From: Octopus vulgaris
Taxonomy: Eukaryota
Assembly (NCBI GenBank): GCA_951406725.2
Contig: OX597816.1
Coordinates: 102,672,001 to 102,736,000 of the forward strand
Length of the DNA: 64,000 bases
Direction: 5' to 3'
Positions 1 to 13,187 of the stretch are shown one piece after another. The notes under the pieces were generated by a model. That model worked only from the letters and a program-made list of their open reading frames with translations, was not told the origin of the DNA and searched no databases. Both the position numbers and the translations under genes were made by a program. Position 1 is the first letter of the stretch; each line of letters opens with the position of its first letter.

Positions 1-339
1 GCATCTACAGGGAATTACATATAGGACAGCTGGTGAAGTGATGTACTAGCTTGGTGGTCTTGGCACACCATCTCACTCTGTCTGATTATTATGTTGTTCG
101 TTGGTCTTGTGTCTGTTGTTACTTGTTCATGTACAATGCCAACAGACACTTTGTTGGTCATTTATTATTCATACGTACGCACACACATATGTAGACATAC
201 ATACATACATGCATACATAATGCCTGTGTATATGTGTGTGTGTGTGTATACTCAATATATTTATGTGTGTGTATGTAAATAAGTACATGTACATGGGTGG
301 TGTGCGTGTATAGTGGCAGAAATGAATGAAGAATAGGTG

Positions 340-880
340 AAAGACAACAGAAAAGGAAAAAAAAGTTTGACACATTAATGAAAGAAGAAAGCGTTACACT
401 GTTTCGGACGTTAGTCCTTCATCAGAACAAAGAAAGATTGAGCTATAGAGTGAGTGAGACAAAGAAATTATCACAGAACAAAATGAGTGGCAGATTAGGA
501 ACCGAAGAAGGGGAGGTTGCTTTTTATGGGGGGGGGGGGGTTAGATGGAAGCCAGTATAAGACTATATTAACATCTGGACGTGGGCATAAGCTGTAGCTT
601 GTGTCTGTTTTATGTGGTATGCGTATATGTATACAGGTATGCAAGTGCGGAAGTATATGGACGTTGGTTAGTGGATGTAGAGTATTTCTATGTTTAATAT
701 GTTTGCAATTGTTAGGTGGACAACCTGTATATAAGGAGGTGAGTTTGAGAGAATAAAGATATTGGTGAAGTACATAGGCTGGTAAGAGCATTGCCAAAGG
801 TATTGTTGATGTGTAGAAATGTTACTAAACAAAGAGGAAAAGCTTAAAGTGCGCGAATTTTGTGAAAAGAATAAGTCAAA
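340..880 (-). mobile_element. Decayed Penelope-like retroelement 3' region (possible GIY-YIG endonuclease remnant followed by hammerhead-bearing terminal repeat)
   Basis: The minus strand has weak C-T-S...LY(T/I)G similarity to the PLE GIY-YIG region (ORF 495..797 'SLYTG'), followed by a pyrimidine-rich tract and a hammerhead motif at 392-430. Protein similarity is weak and judged by eye. Confidence 0.4.
392..430 (-). ncRNA. Minimal type I hammerhead ribozyme motif (Penelope-type), stem I degenerate
   Basis: Reverse complement reads ttgtt CTGATGA A GGAC-taac-GTCC GAAAC agt GTA acg: intact core boxes, 4-bp stem II and a GUA triplet. Stem I pairs poorly. Confidence 0.6.
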
Positions 881-950
881 GAAATTACTAAAAATTACTC
901 AAGAATGGTAAATGCTTCGGAGAGTTTGATAGCATTTCCAGAGATACAGC

Positions 951-952
951 TA

Positions 953-1039
<87 letters not shown>

Positions 1040-1092
1040 TTATCTATCTGTCTGTCTGTCTGTCTATATGTCTGTCTGTCTGTCTGTCTATA

Positions 1093-1178
<86 letters not shown>
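951..1178. repeat. Compound (TATC)n/(TGTC)n microsatellite
   Basis: Read directly; source of the IYLS/VCLS pseudo-ORFs. Confidence 0.95.
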
Positions 1179-1230
1179 CATAACTACATGCATACGCGCG
1201 CGCACACACATATTTATTCATACACATTGA

Positions 1231-1410
1231 TTTCAAATTTTGGCACAATGCCAGCAAGATCGGAGGAAGAGGTAAGTCGATGACATCGATTCCAGTTCTC
1301 AACTGTAACTTATTTTATCAACTTCTAAACGATGAAAAGCGAAGTCGACCTCAACAGAATTTGAGCTCACAGTGTAAAAACGGAAGAAATATAGTCAAGC
1401 ATTCTGCCGA
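1231..1410 (-). mobile_element. Degraded tRNA-derived SINE (family A, tail type iii)
   Basis: tttcaaattttggcacaa...aagtcgatgacatcga...gatgaaaagcgaagtcgacctc...gaatttgagctca matches the reverse complement of the SINE core at 5974-6206. Confidence 0.8.
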
Positions 1411-1605
1411 CAATGTATGCAGGTGTGCGTGCGTGTATGTGTGCGTGTATGTATGTGTGTGTGTGTGTGCGTGTGTGCATGTGCCGTGGAAAGCATACAT
1501 TAACAAAAACAGAGGAAGAAAGGTAAATTTAATGAGAGAGCCAGCCTCCATTTTGTGTGTACTTACAGCATAATTCGGGTTCTCATTAAACACTCACTCA
1601 TTCGT

Positions 1606-1636
<31 letters not shown>

Positions 1637-4360
1637 GAAGCGAAAATTTCTTAATGCTAACATTCCTTAATGTAGTGCATTTGTGTGGAATATGGAAGTT
1701 GAAAGAGAGACTCGAAGGGAGAGAGAGACGGAGAGAGGGAGTGAGAGAGGGTGAGAGAGTCAATAACTCGCTCATAATCTCTTGCATCCATTTATCGGAC
1801 GAATCTTATACAATACATATACATAGATACATAGGTATATACATACACATTCATATATATATATATATGCTGTGTGCGTTCACGTGTGAATGAATACACG
1901 TACACACACACACGCGCACACACACACACATATACACACACATATGCACGCGCGCGCACGCGCACTCACTCACTCACACACACACACACACACACACATA
2001 CACATACACACATGTATGCGATCTTCATCGGAGTGGCGTGGAAGTCGAATCACGAGACAAACACTCACCTTTAGTTTCAATAAAATATCATATCCTCTAC
2101 AATTTGTATTGAGCACTCCTTTCTTATTAGTTTGACATTAAGTAACGTAGGTGTATGTGTGTGCGCGCGAGTGTATATATATAAGAGAGAGAGAGAGAGA
2201 AGAGGATAAGAGATGTAGGAAAGAAAGGGGAGGGGAAGGAGAAGGGGAGTGAGCGCGGACAGTGAGGGACGAGAAAAAGGGGGAGAGTGGAGAGAGGTGG
2301 AAAGAGAGAGTATATGTGTGGTGTGTGTATCTGTGCATGTATGTGTGTATATATGCGCGCTTCTGTATGTGTGTGTGTGTGTGCGCGTTTTGCAGCTTCC
2401 AACCACCAAGGCAATTTACCATTTAACCATTTCGAATGTGTCATTCCCATACATTTTTCATAAACTTTAAGATATATAAATATATATATATATATAACTT
2501 CCAGAATTCAGGATGTCACTTTGATTCATGTGATACTAGAGAAACAGGATTAAGGCTTTGTCGGAAAGGAAAAGACTTTTGCACTTGTCTGCAATTTAGT
2601 GTTGATTAACAATTGAATACTTTTGAGAACTGCAATTGCTAAAATAAACGCTTCACTAAGGCTCGGCTTTGACCAATTTCCGCTGTTGTATAGCATAGCT
2701 TGATATTTCCTCCAGTTTGTAAAAGATCCCACTATTGGCATATTATATTTAGAGCTACAGTAATTATATTAATCCTTTGTTAAAATGGTAGGGTGAATTT
2801 CGAAAGAGATTTGGTTGGTATTCCTAGCAGTTCCTGTTACAGTATAGAGAGGTTTCTTCGATAAGTATTGTGGAATGTATTGCCACTATTATGTATAATG
2901 CCCGCTATTGTGCAGTATTGGGTAAATTTTGACTATTGTGTGATATATCAAAATAAATTTCCGTTTTTGCTTACACGGCAAGATAAGGCGCATTAATGTG
3001 GAACACAGCAAGATATATTCACCATTGTGTAAGCTTGCAATATATCCCGTCTTAATTTGATGTGATCGCGAGAACTGATCACGTATTTGCAAAACACATT
3101 CTTCAGAGTAACGCATGATGATTTCGTCAAGAGGTAAAGTTCTCGATGCTTGCATGAATATGAGAACAATAATATAAACTGGAACCAATTAATATTAGTT
3201 TGTAAGGAGATATGACAGACGATAGTATTCAAGGATTAGTACCTTCTCCTGGTTAGCAAGAGACGCGTAATTCGATTCCTGCCATGCACTTCGCTGTGGT
3301 TTTCGTTGTCAAGGCTTGTAAATCTCTAAGCTAAGATGTTCTAGCCATGACCATCCTGTCTTTTGTATAATTGGGACTGCATTGTCTACTGTATCATTCA
3401 CCACCCTATTTTTTAAAAAAAGATAATGATTTAATTTGAGGAAGACGTAGCTGCTATTTTTAGCAGATTAAGTGACCGATTTGAGCATGAATGGTATCCC
3501 CTTACATTGATATTTGAAACTACCCGCTGACGAAGTCTCTAAAATCCTCTGTGAAAATACCGTTTAAGTCTTAATAACAAAACAGTAATTTAATATATGT
3601 TGTATCTCCATGAATTTGTACAATTAATAATTCATTATTTTCTTAGCGCAGATGCGCTTCTATAACTTCTTATATATACTAGTCCTAGTGTAGAAGCCCT
3701 CTCATAGGTTTGTACTGTTATCTATTCCTATGGACGTTTACTCAATAAAACAGAAATACATTTCAGAAAACCCAGTTAGCATTCAGAGCAATCAACTTCC
3801 GCTGAATGAACTTCAAGCGCTGAACGTTGGGGAAGTTTGGTATATATATTTTATTTTTTACTGTCTCCTTGCAAATTGAATTTAGTTATATAGTTACATA
3901 AACATTTAAGTATATAAACACTTGATTACATAAATATTTCATTACATAGACATTGGACCTCATGGGTAATGCATAGACATATCTATATATATCTGTAGTT
4001 ATACATCACTGAATGAATAACTGAAGGTGAATATTGATATTTTCCTTTCCACTCACTTCTGATGTGACATTCGTACAAATTGGTCAACATACTTCTCATT
4101 TCAGTATACAGTTCATTTACGTTTATTTATTTTAATTTTGTTATTATTTTTGTTGCTGTTGCTGTTGTTTTTCTCCCACATTCTCGAGAACAATATGTGA
4201 GTTGTTTGTTAAAATTTGGTGGAACTTATGAGTGTATCTGTGTATGTGTGAGTGCGTGCATGTGTGTGAGTGTAAGGGTGTGTGCATATATGTTATTAGA
4301 AGCTTCAGCTTCTGATAAATAATATGCACACATACATAAAACATACACGCGCGCGTGCAC

Positions 4361-4393
<33 letters not shown>

Positions 4394-4426
4394 AACAAAT
4401 ACACACAAACAAACACACACACAAAT

Positions 4427-4463
<37 letters not shown>

Positions 4464-4494
4464 TAGCACACCTATATAAATAAATCTTTCTTTT

Positions 4495-5680
4495 AGGAGA
4501 TGAACTCTCAACAAGTACGATTTTCACAATGGCAAAGACTATTGAACTCAATATCTGTATCACTTTGATACATTTTAGATGCTCTGAGAGGATGATCCAG
4601 CACAGATGTTAGTTTCCCATCACAGTATACCATTGAATAAAATCAACTTTGGGATCTGTCTAAAACTGTCGTAGTGGATTTAGTGTTTTTTGATTAACAA
4701 AATCCAACACGCTGTGTTCGATGAAATTCACTCAAATCCAACGTAAGTCGTTAGTGCTGTCACAAAGTGCTGTGTCGGGCTCACACCATTTCGCAATTTA
4801 TATACACGATGTCACAAATATCATCAAACACTAACATAATCATTTTTGCAGATGATTCCAAATTCCAGAAAGTCAGCAATGTAGTTGGTGACCAAACAGA
4901 ACGCTATTCCGACTCTACACGCTGTGATTCAATGGGCGGAAAGAAATTCTAATGTGCTGCTAAACGAGGAAAAATTTGAGCTCATCCATTTAGAAAAGAG
5001 GATGTGCTTAAACAGTTATATTCTCTTCCTTCGACAGAACCTCCCATAGCGACGAATATTGTTAAAAATTAACGGATTACAACCCAGACAAGAGAGCTTA
5101 TATTATCAAGTTGATATAGTCTGCAGGATGTACCCTTGAATCTATAGAACTTTTGGATTCCGAGACCCAGACGCAGAAATTCTTTTATTCCTTACATTTG
5201 CTCTACCTAATATCAAACAGAACATTATGAAAGCCGAAGCACACCGGAGATTAATAATCAAAATGAAATAATAAATAAATGAAGCAACAGGCTACAATTA
5301 TAGGAATCATCTCAAAATACTCAGATTCTATTATATCCAACGCCGTCATGGTCAGTAAATCAGTTTCACAAGGTGGAAAATATTCCCTCTTCTTTGCACA
5401 ATCGATGTTAGAAACAAAAGTTTAAAAGTTACCCAGAACTAGGTCACGTAGTAAACACCTTCTTCAAAATGTTTGCCTCACCTCATATAACCATATTGCG
5501 ACAAAACTCTTTTATCTCAGAAAACGGTACAGTAGAGCAGAATAATATTTATTCAAATTTATATTTTGAAAAGTCACCATTCAAGTTTTGCGATTCCGTT
5601 TCATCAAGCGACTGATGATACCACCGCCTGGCTTCTACTTATTAAAGAAGTATCACCAAAGTTCCTGATGAAGAGGAAGC
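4495..5680 (+). mobile_element. Decayed CR1/L2-type LINE, reverse transcriptase and C-terminal region
   Basis: RT motifs occur in order across frameshifts: QHGF..G..C.TQL-like (~4500-4550), HFD.IL.AL, WI..FL, SGVPQG.VLG-like (~4750-4780), IIIFADDSK (FADD at 4845-4856), EKFEL.H, YS..RR, PRLG-like and KVPDE (~5658-5672). Many stops. Confidence 0.85.
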
Positions 5681-5973
5681 GACCACAGTATGCTTGCAGT
5701 AAAATGGGTGATAGTTAAAAAGAAACAAGAAACCAAAAACAAACTCGAATAGTAGCGGAATGTATGTATGTATGTATGTATGTATGTATGTATGTATGTA
5801 TGTATGTATGATGAAATGCTCTGCTTGGCATCAGGACAATTTCAAGATTTCGCCGTTGAAAATTTTGTTTAGTCCCGAGTCGGTTGTGATTCAGCAGATC
5901 TATGATTAAAAGCGCTTCAGTCAGAACTATCTCTTCTTTTTTTTCGGATACCATATATCTAATACTATCATGT

Positions 5974-6206
5974 AAGGCGGCGAGCTGGCAGAGTCGTTAG
6001 CGTGCCGGGCGAAATGCTTAGCAGTATTTCGTCCGTCGTTACGTTCTGAGTTCAAATTCCGCCGAGGTCGACTTTACCTTTCATCCTTTCGGGGTCGATA
6101 AATAAAGTACCAGTTTCGCACTGGGGTCGATGTAATCGACTTAATCCCTTTGCCTGTCCTTGTTTGTCTCCTCTATGTTTAGCCCCTTGTGGGCAGTAAA
6201 GAAATA
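5974..6206 (+). mobile_element. Full-length young tRNA-derived SINE (family A, tail type i) with 14-bp target-site duplication
   Basis: Head aaggcggcgagctggcagagtcgttagc (A-box-like), B-box gagttcaaattcc, core gaggtcgactttacctttcatcctttcggggtcgataaa, tail cccttgtgggcagtaaagaaata. TSD taatactatcatgt at 5960-5973 and 6213-6226. Confidence 0.95.
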
Positions 6207-6512
6207 TATATATAATACTATCATGTTTTGAAAACTTGTAGAGTACAATTTAAAAGAAACGTGCCTTCTATATCTAGCAGGTCTAGCTACCACCACGCAG
6301 GGAACCAGTTGGATTCTACTGTTGTTATAGTTGGTACTTTTAGTCATCGCTGTCGTCACCGACGTTGTTCTTTTTGCTGTTGTTGTTGTAGTAGAATGGT
6401 TTCCCTAAGGAAAACAGGAAATTGTGCCCCCCGTCGTGCTACGAACTATACACCCATTCAACATACACGGTACAGTAAACGAAATTCTTGCTCCCGTAAC
6501 ACATTTATTCAA

Positions 6513-6515
<3 letters not shown>

Positions 6516-6547
<32 letters not shown>

Positions 6548-6584
6548 CGACGACGACGACGACGATGACGACGACGATGACGAT
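6516..6584. repeat. (GAT)n/(GAC)n trinucleotide repeat
   Basis: Read directly; source of the poly-D/poly-M pseudo-ORFs. Confidence 0.95.
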
Positions 6585-6840
6585 GGTAGTGGTACTGATT
6601 GTGGTAATTGTAGATACAGTGTTAGTGGCGTAGGTGAAGTTGGTGATGCTGAATGCATGTGCAAGTGCTAATTAGCATATTCCGCTCCGGGTGGGGAGAA
6701 CGTTTTTCTCTTGATGTAACCGCGTAAGTTCAGAGAGTGTGCCCCACATTTTGACTTACAAAGAACTTCTTTCTCAACACTCCTTTATCAAGATAACACA
6801 CACCCTCCTCTCTCTCTAACTATTATCTATCTATCTATCC

Positions 6841-6915
<75 letters not shown>

Positions 6916-6936
6916 AGTCCATCTTTTTCTCTCTAC

Positions 6937-6968
<32 letters not shown>

Positions 6969-7082
6969 GTATAACGTTTAGAAATGTGGAACGGCACCAG
7001 ATATAATATTTTGTGTCAGAGAAACAACTCAATGAGAGCTAACTGTTAAACATACAGAGCTTCGCTCAGAACGCCGGTGAAT

Positions 7083-7127
7083 CGCCAGACACGATGTTTC
7101 AACTTCATTTGGCCTCCTCAGTAACAA
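7083..7127 (-). ncRNA. Degenerate type I hammerhead ribozyme motif
   Basis: Reverse complement: ttgtta CTGAGGA GGCC-aaatga-AGTT GAA ACA-tcg-TGT C tggcga. Core boxes, a 3-bp stem III, a GUC site and a wobble-rich stem I are present; stem II is eroded. Confidence 0.55.
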
Positions 7128-7663
7128 ATAGCTTGGATGTTGTGAATGAAGCACTGTGTCTTAAACAGACATAAGTGTCTTTAATATATACTTCTCTGAA
7201 ACAAAAATATCTCAGCTTGCGCCATTCCATGTTTGTTTGGACATTATAGAAGTTAAATGTATTGGTATTTTAATCTAAGTGTCAAATGCATGTATCAATT
7301 TAATTTTAGCTTCGTTGGTTTTCGCATAAATCAGTAAATGGTTCGTTTACCGATTTACTTACAGTCAAAGAACCGCTTATCAATGCAGCAAACAGAGAAT
7401 CTATGACGTCATACATCACATGACACATCTCCATCCTATCGATTGTTTTAATAACCGTTTTTCCACATTCCTGCATAGAAGCGTGAAAGCCTCGTAGGAC
7501 AGTAGTCACGGGCCAAATATACAAACTGTTCCAATATTTGTCGGGCGCTATTCATGAACACGTTCGTTTGTTCACACACACACACACACACACACACAAT
7601 ATATATATGTGTGTGTGTGTGTCTATTTGTGTGTGTGTCTGTAATGTTGCATGCAGTTTCCGT

Positions 7664-7831
<168 letters not shown>

Positions 7832-8699
7832 GTACTGTGTACTAATTTCTTGTAGACCATTACATTCTTGGTTCGAATTCCTCCCAGCCCTTCCGTCAAT
7901 CAATATAATCGTTCTATGCACTCTAAGAGTCGGTATCCTAACATGTTTATCATAAAAGAATAAAAAGTAAAAGAAAAAAACTACAAAAAGAAAAAAACAT
8001 GTAAATTATGCCGGTAGAGGATTCTAGAAGCATTGTTTTGTGATATGAGTATTAATTCTCAGGGAATAATGGCGGAGAGCCGAGTTCGATTCTTGGTTGA
8101 AGCCACTTAGTCTTCATTTACACCGAAGTGGAATATATGCTAGTTCTCTAAGGTGATATTTTGCTGACAGTATAACATATAACAGAGATATATTTCAGTG
8201 ATGCTACGATTATGGCGGTAATTGTGGTGGTGATGATGATGATGATAATAAGGAGGTTTATGAGGTGTAGTAGGAGATGAATAGTGATAATAATTGCCCC
8301 TTTCGTAGTGTTGGTAATGGTAATGTTAAACATGATAATAATGATGATGATAATCATAATGGTGCCGACGATGAGGATGATGATGTCGATGGTGAGGTTA
8401 TGATGATGATGGTGGTGGTGATGATGATGATAACGATGATGATACTGAGGGCGACGACGACGATGATGATGGTAGTAATGAAGACCATGTTTTCTCAATT
8501 ATTCTAAAGATAGATATTTCATTTTTCATTCTCTCTTCCTTTCTTTTCTCCCTTTCGCTTCCGTACATTTTACTTCATTTTTTTCCTGTTTTAACATCTT
8601 GGCAAAGCAAGTCAGATTGAAATTAAGAATATGTCATTTTAATGGAGATTTATAATTTTTTTTTATTAAGGAACCATCTGAAACTGTAAGCCAAAAATT

Positions 8700-9025
8700 T
8701 GGAGTGCGAGAAATCACGGCGGAGTCCAGACGAAGAATATATCAGGTGAGGTTTTTGGTGAGTTAAAATAAACGTTAACATTAAGTATATTAGGAAACAG
8801 AAATTAAAGAAAGAATTAATATAATAAAAATTTTTTAAATTTTAATCTTAGAGATATATTAACTGGGTTTAGTGGTTTAAAGATGCTATCAAAATTATAA
8901 TTAAAGCTTTGATAAGATACCTTTGGAGACGGATTAGAGGACTGATGAGAGGAAATAGATAAGCTAACATTGCAATAAGAGTGCACAAGATATGTAGTGG
9001 TAAAAATCAAGGTATAAGTTTAGAA
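8700..9025 (-). mobile_element. Possible very old LINE fragment (endonuclease/tether region)
   Basis: Only faint LINE ORF2-like composition on the minus strand; no intact motif. Confidence 0.25.
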
Positions 9026-9047
9026 ATAACATATAGCATATCATACT

Positions 9048-9186
9048 GGCGCAGGCGTGGCTAGGTGCAGGTGTGGGCGTGAGATGAGAAGTTTACTTCC
9101 GTAGCACCTTGGGTGTCGTCATACTATAGCCTCCGGCTGATCAGGGCCTTGTATATAATACATACATACAAACGTATATATCTATA

Positions 9187-9264
<78 letters not shown>

Positions 9265-9288
9265 ATATTTCTGCTGCTTTTAAATAAA

Positions 9289-9326
<38 letters not shown>

Positions 9327-9566
9327 TTTATTATAAATATACACCACAAACGTGTATATATATATATATATATATGTGTCGTTGCGTTTGTGTTTGCCCC
9401 GACCACCGCTTGAAAACCGGTGCTGGTGTAACCTAGCGACTTGGCATAAGAGACGGATAGATTAAGTATAAGTCTTAAAAAGGTTGAACTGAGGTCGATT
9501 CGTGCGACTGAAACCTGTCATGGCGATGCTCTAGCATGGTCGCAGTCCAATGACTGAAACAAGTAA
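9048..9566 (+). mobile_element. Degraded tRNA-derived SINE (family B, CORE-like, internal microsatellite)
   Basis: Head ggcgcaggcgtggct, gcaccttggg...tactatagcctc, internal (TA)n, and 3' ...agcatggtcgcagtccaatgactgaaacaagtaa. Colinear with the copy at 41663-42116. Confidence 0.85.
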
Positions 9567-10993
9567 GTGAATATAAAAAAAAAAAAGATAGAATTCGAAG
9601 TCGCAGGTTCGTTCCTCAGTATATCGCTCATACTAAAAAAAATATTATCGGCTCAATTCAAAGGAAAAGATTTTCTAAATCAAAGTGATTCACTAAGGCT
9701 AATAATAAATTTCTCCGATTTCCGAAACGTTAAGATAATGAGAGAATTAAATTTCGCACAGGAAACAATGTGGGCATATCATAGGTTGAATTTCTTCGTT
9801 ACAACAAGAGAAACCCAGCATTAATGGTAGCGAATTACTCGTTAAAGCAAATCGTTCCTCAAATTCACAGTGCGGTCGCCCTTTACAGTGACGATTATTA
9901 TTAACATTTCACACCTACATAAAGCTAAGTGGAATGTAAAACGTTTTAGTACCCATTCACATTCATGTGGTATTCTATTCCTATGTTAAGCATTTCAGGA
10001 ACTCAAAGACTGTACTCCACTGAAGTACCTGCTTATAGAATTAAGTTATATCATTTCCTGTAATATATATTTTCATAAATCAAGTCCTGGTAGTTTTTTG
10101 CTTAGACGTAGATGTACATGGATAACAAACAATAAACACGTACAATTTCGAAATATGTTTTCAGTTATAGAAAGATCGCTTATAATTTTCCACAGGGTGA
10201 TATGTTCTTCTAAACTTCTGAGGATGAGAGGCATGAGACTTGAGTGGGGTTAATAAAGGTGAAACAAGTGTGTGTGTATGCATGTGTATATATATAATAT
10301 AATATTATATTATTATATTATATTCATATTTACACTTGTCGCCTTTACTACATGACAGGTGGGGTCGGGTTCTACGGGCAGCCTTCAACTATTTCTATCC
10401 ATAAGGGTTTTTCAACCGCAAATTTACATGCTATTAACCACAGCTTTACGTGGATGCTTTCAGATTTTCCAAAAGGGAATTAGTTCACGCTTTCTCGAAA
10501 GTTTATAACATTTTAATGACATCGACAATATATATATATATATATAAATATATACACACATATGTGCGTGTGTGTGTATATATGTATGTATGTATTTATG
10601 TATGTATGAATGTATTTTTGCATGTATGTATATACATAAATATATATATATATATATGTGTATATATACAGACACACGTACACATACGTATAAAGTGGGA
10701 GGTATATTCAAACAGATTCAGAATTGCGTTCAACACTCTCTGTTGTATAAAGTTTTTATAGTTCGATGTGATTGAATTTGTTTTAATATATTAATACTAC
10801 TTGATTCACAATTTCGTCGTAAATATCTTTACATACATACATACATACATATATACATACATACAGACAGACAGACACACACACACACCAATTTTTATAT
10901 CTATATCTATATATATATGTGTGTGTGTACACATATACAGATATTTACAGAAAACATATTTATCTACGCATGTGTATGTGCATATACGTGTGT

Positions 10994-11041
<48 letters not shown>

Positions 11042-11366
11042 GTGCGCGCGTACGTGTATGTATGTAAGTATGTACTAACTTTTACAAAAGATAAGTTTGA
11101 TAGTGACTTCGAAATATCGGTGAGCTCGACTTCATGACAATGCAAAAGTTAATTAATATGGACTCAATTAAAAGATTTTTCACTAATCCTCCATTTAATG
11201 TTAGATTACTCATATATGCATTACACCTTGAATACATGCATGTATACACACGTACATATACGTGTATATATAAACATGCATTCATATATATGTACATGTA
11301 TATATACGTATATATATACGTATATATACGCACTCGCATGTATATATATACGTATATATACACACG

Positions 11367-11397
<31 letters not shown>

Positions 11398-11468
11398 GTA
11401 CATATATATGTGTGTGCGTGTGTGTATATATATGTTTAAATACATACATGCATATATATAAATGTATG

Positions 11469-11503
<35 letters not shown>

Positions 11504-11953
11504 GGGGTGGGGAGAGGGGGAGAGAGAGTGTGACAGAAGGAGAGCGAGAGAGAAGGTGGAGGGGGCTTATAATTATAAATTTGATTAACCACGTTAATTT
11601 CCAGAAGGAAATCTCATTGGAAACCAGAGAGCCATTCAAAACAAAAGGGCCGTACATGAATCTATATCTATATATGCAAGACTGCGTAGGCGCTTCTTTA
11701 CATACAGCGGATGTCAACCATAGACCAATATGTAAATTTCTTAATGCTAGTAACAGATCTCTAAAAATCGGCGGCAAATATGTATGACTGAATTAAAGCT
11801 GTCGCTTGATCCCTGATGCAACTGAAGAAAGCGAAAGTAGTCTGTTGATCCTTGCAGAGAGCTGTCGAAAATTCAAGTATATAACAGGGTTTCATATATA
11901 AACCGCGACACCAATTATGTATTTCTTAATTAGATTATGCTAGATTGTGGATC

Positions 11954-12003
<50 letters not shown>

Positions 12004-12266
12004 TCTTAAAATTAATATCGGGTAGGAAAATAATTAAAGAATTTTTTTCTACCAGTGGCCTTAGTATGTATACAAAGTCAATACACATATTTTTCATATA
12101 AAAATTAGTATACATTTAAGCACGATTTATATGTTAATGCTTTGGCGTATCCGCTGATGAGAACTTCGAAATTACTCCTAACTGTGGTTTGGATTTTTTT
12201 GACTGGTCTTTCTAGTATGTTAGGCGACCTGTTAAGGCTCGCCTCTTTGTGTTTAAATGTACACAA

Positions 12267-12311
<45 letters not shown>

Positions 12312-12315
<4 letters not shown>

Positions 12316-12490
12316 ATCCAAACAAGAAAACACAAAAAAAACACAACAAAGCGAGGACGTGGAACAAATATAGTATTATTGGACGCTCAGGAAAGAAGGG
12401 AAGAAGGAGGGTTTAACGTTTCGAGCGGAGCTCTTCGTCGGAAACATAGGAGAAGGAAAGATCCCGAGAAGGGAAGACAGAGGAAAAAAA
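12312..12490 (-). mobile_element. Short hammerhead-bearing Penelope-like terminal-repeat element between (TA)n arrays
   Basis: (TA)n on both sides; hammerhead at 12411-12445; homologous segments at 51032-51129 and 26699-26783. Confidence 0.8.
12411..12445 (-). ncRNA. Minimal type I hammerhead ribozyme (U4C variant in this copy)
   Basis: Reverse complement: gttt CCGACGA A GAGC-tcc-GCTC GAAAC GTT aaac. Stem I gttt/aaac, 4-bp stem II and palindromic ACGT stem III. The sister copy at 26699-26783 has canonical CTGACGA. Confidence 0.75.
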
Positions 12491-12911
12491 ATATATATAT
12501 GTATGTATGTATACATATACTGTATATGTACATTATATATGTTATATATGTAGATATATGTATATATATGTATGTATATGTACATGTATATACATATACA
12601 TATACATATATATATATATATACACACGCACGCACACATACACACACACACACACACACTCATATATACTATATGTATGTATACATATTTCGCTTAGGGA
12701 TTGCGAAACTAAAAACCCGGTGCAGAACTCAATATAGCCATGTCTCAGAACAAAGGATTAGGTTGAGTATAGAGCGGTAATAAGGAGAAAGAGGAAAAGA
12801 GACCACCAGGAAAAATAATCGTCATGTTACGAATTTCATAAACTTACGGCTGTTTCTGCAATGAGATTCTGTGGACCCTTAGCTGATTGCCTGGATAACA
12901 TGTTACAGCTC

Positions 12912-12951
<40 letters not shown>

Positions 12952-13143
12952 GTGTGTGTATATGTATACACATAGATATGTACATATGACAGTTGCTTTG
13001 AAGTTTGATGACGGCTACTAAGTTGAGTCTTGGAAATAAATGTCAACCTCTCCCCTATATACAACGCTTTATTGCAGGTACTGGGTAAGCCGTCAGTTTG
13101 ACGTTTCATTGTATATATATAAATGTACAAAGACATAAATATT

Positions 13144-13187
<44 letters not shown>

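Noticed and set aside
6228-6671. 147-aa ORF with poly-Cys and poly-Asp
   Set aside because: Built from a family C repeat end plus (TGT)n and (GAT)n runs.
8040-8110. tRNA-like B-box (gagttcgattc); similar at ~3235-3290 and ~36310-36350
   Set aside because: No cloverleaf; most likely decayed SINE heads.
11822-11849. CTGAAGA-aagc-GAAAG-ta-GTC hammerhead-like string
   Set aside because: No stem II and stem III mismatched. CTGANGA hits at 3528, 5665, 8942 and 51786 fail similarly.
12154-12180. CTGATGA-gaacttc-GAAA hammerhead-like string
   Set aside because: Stem II is only 2 bp; stems I and III cannot form.
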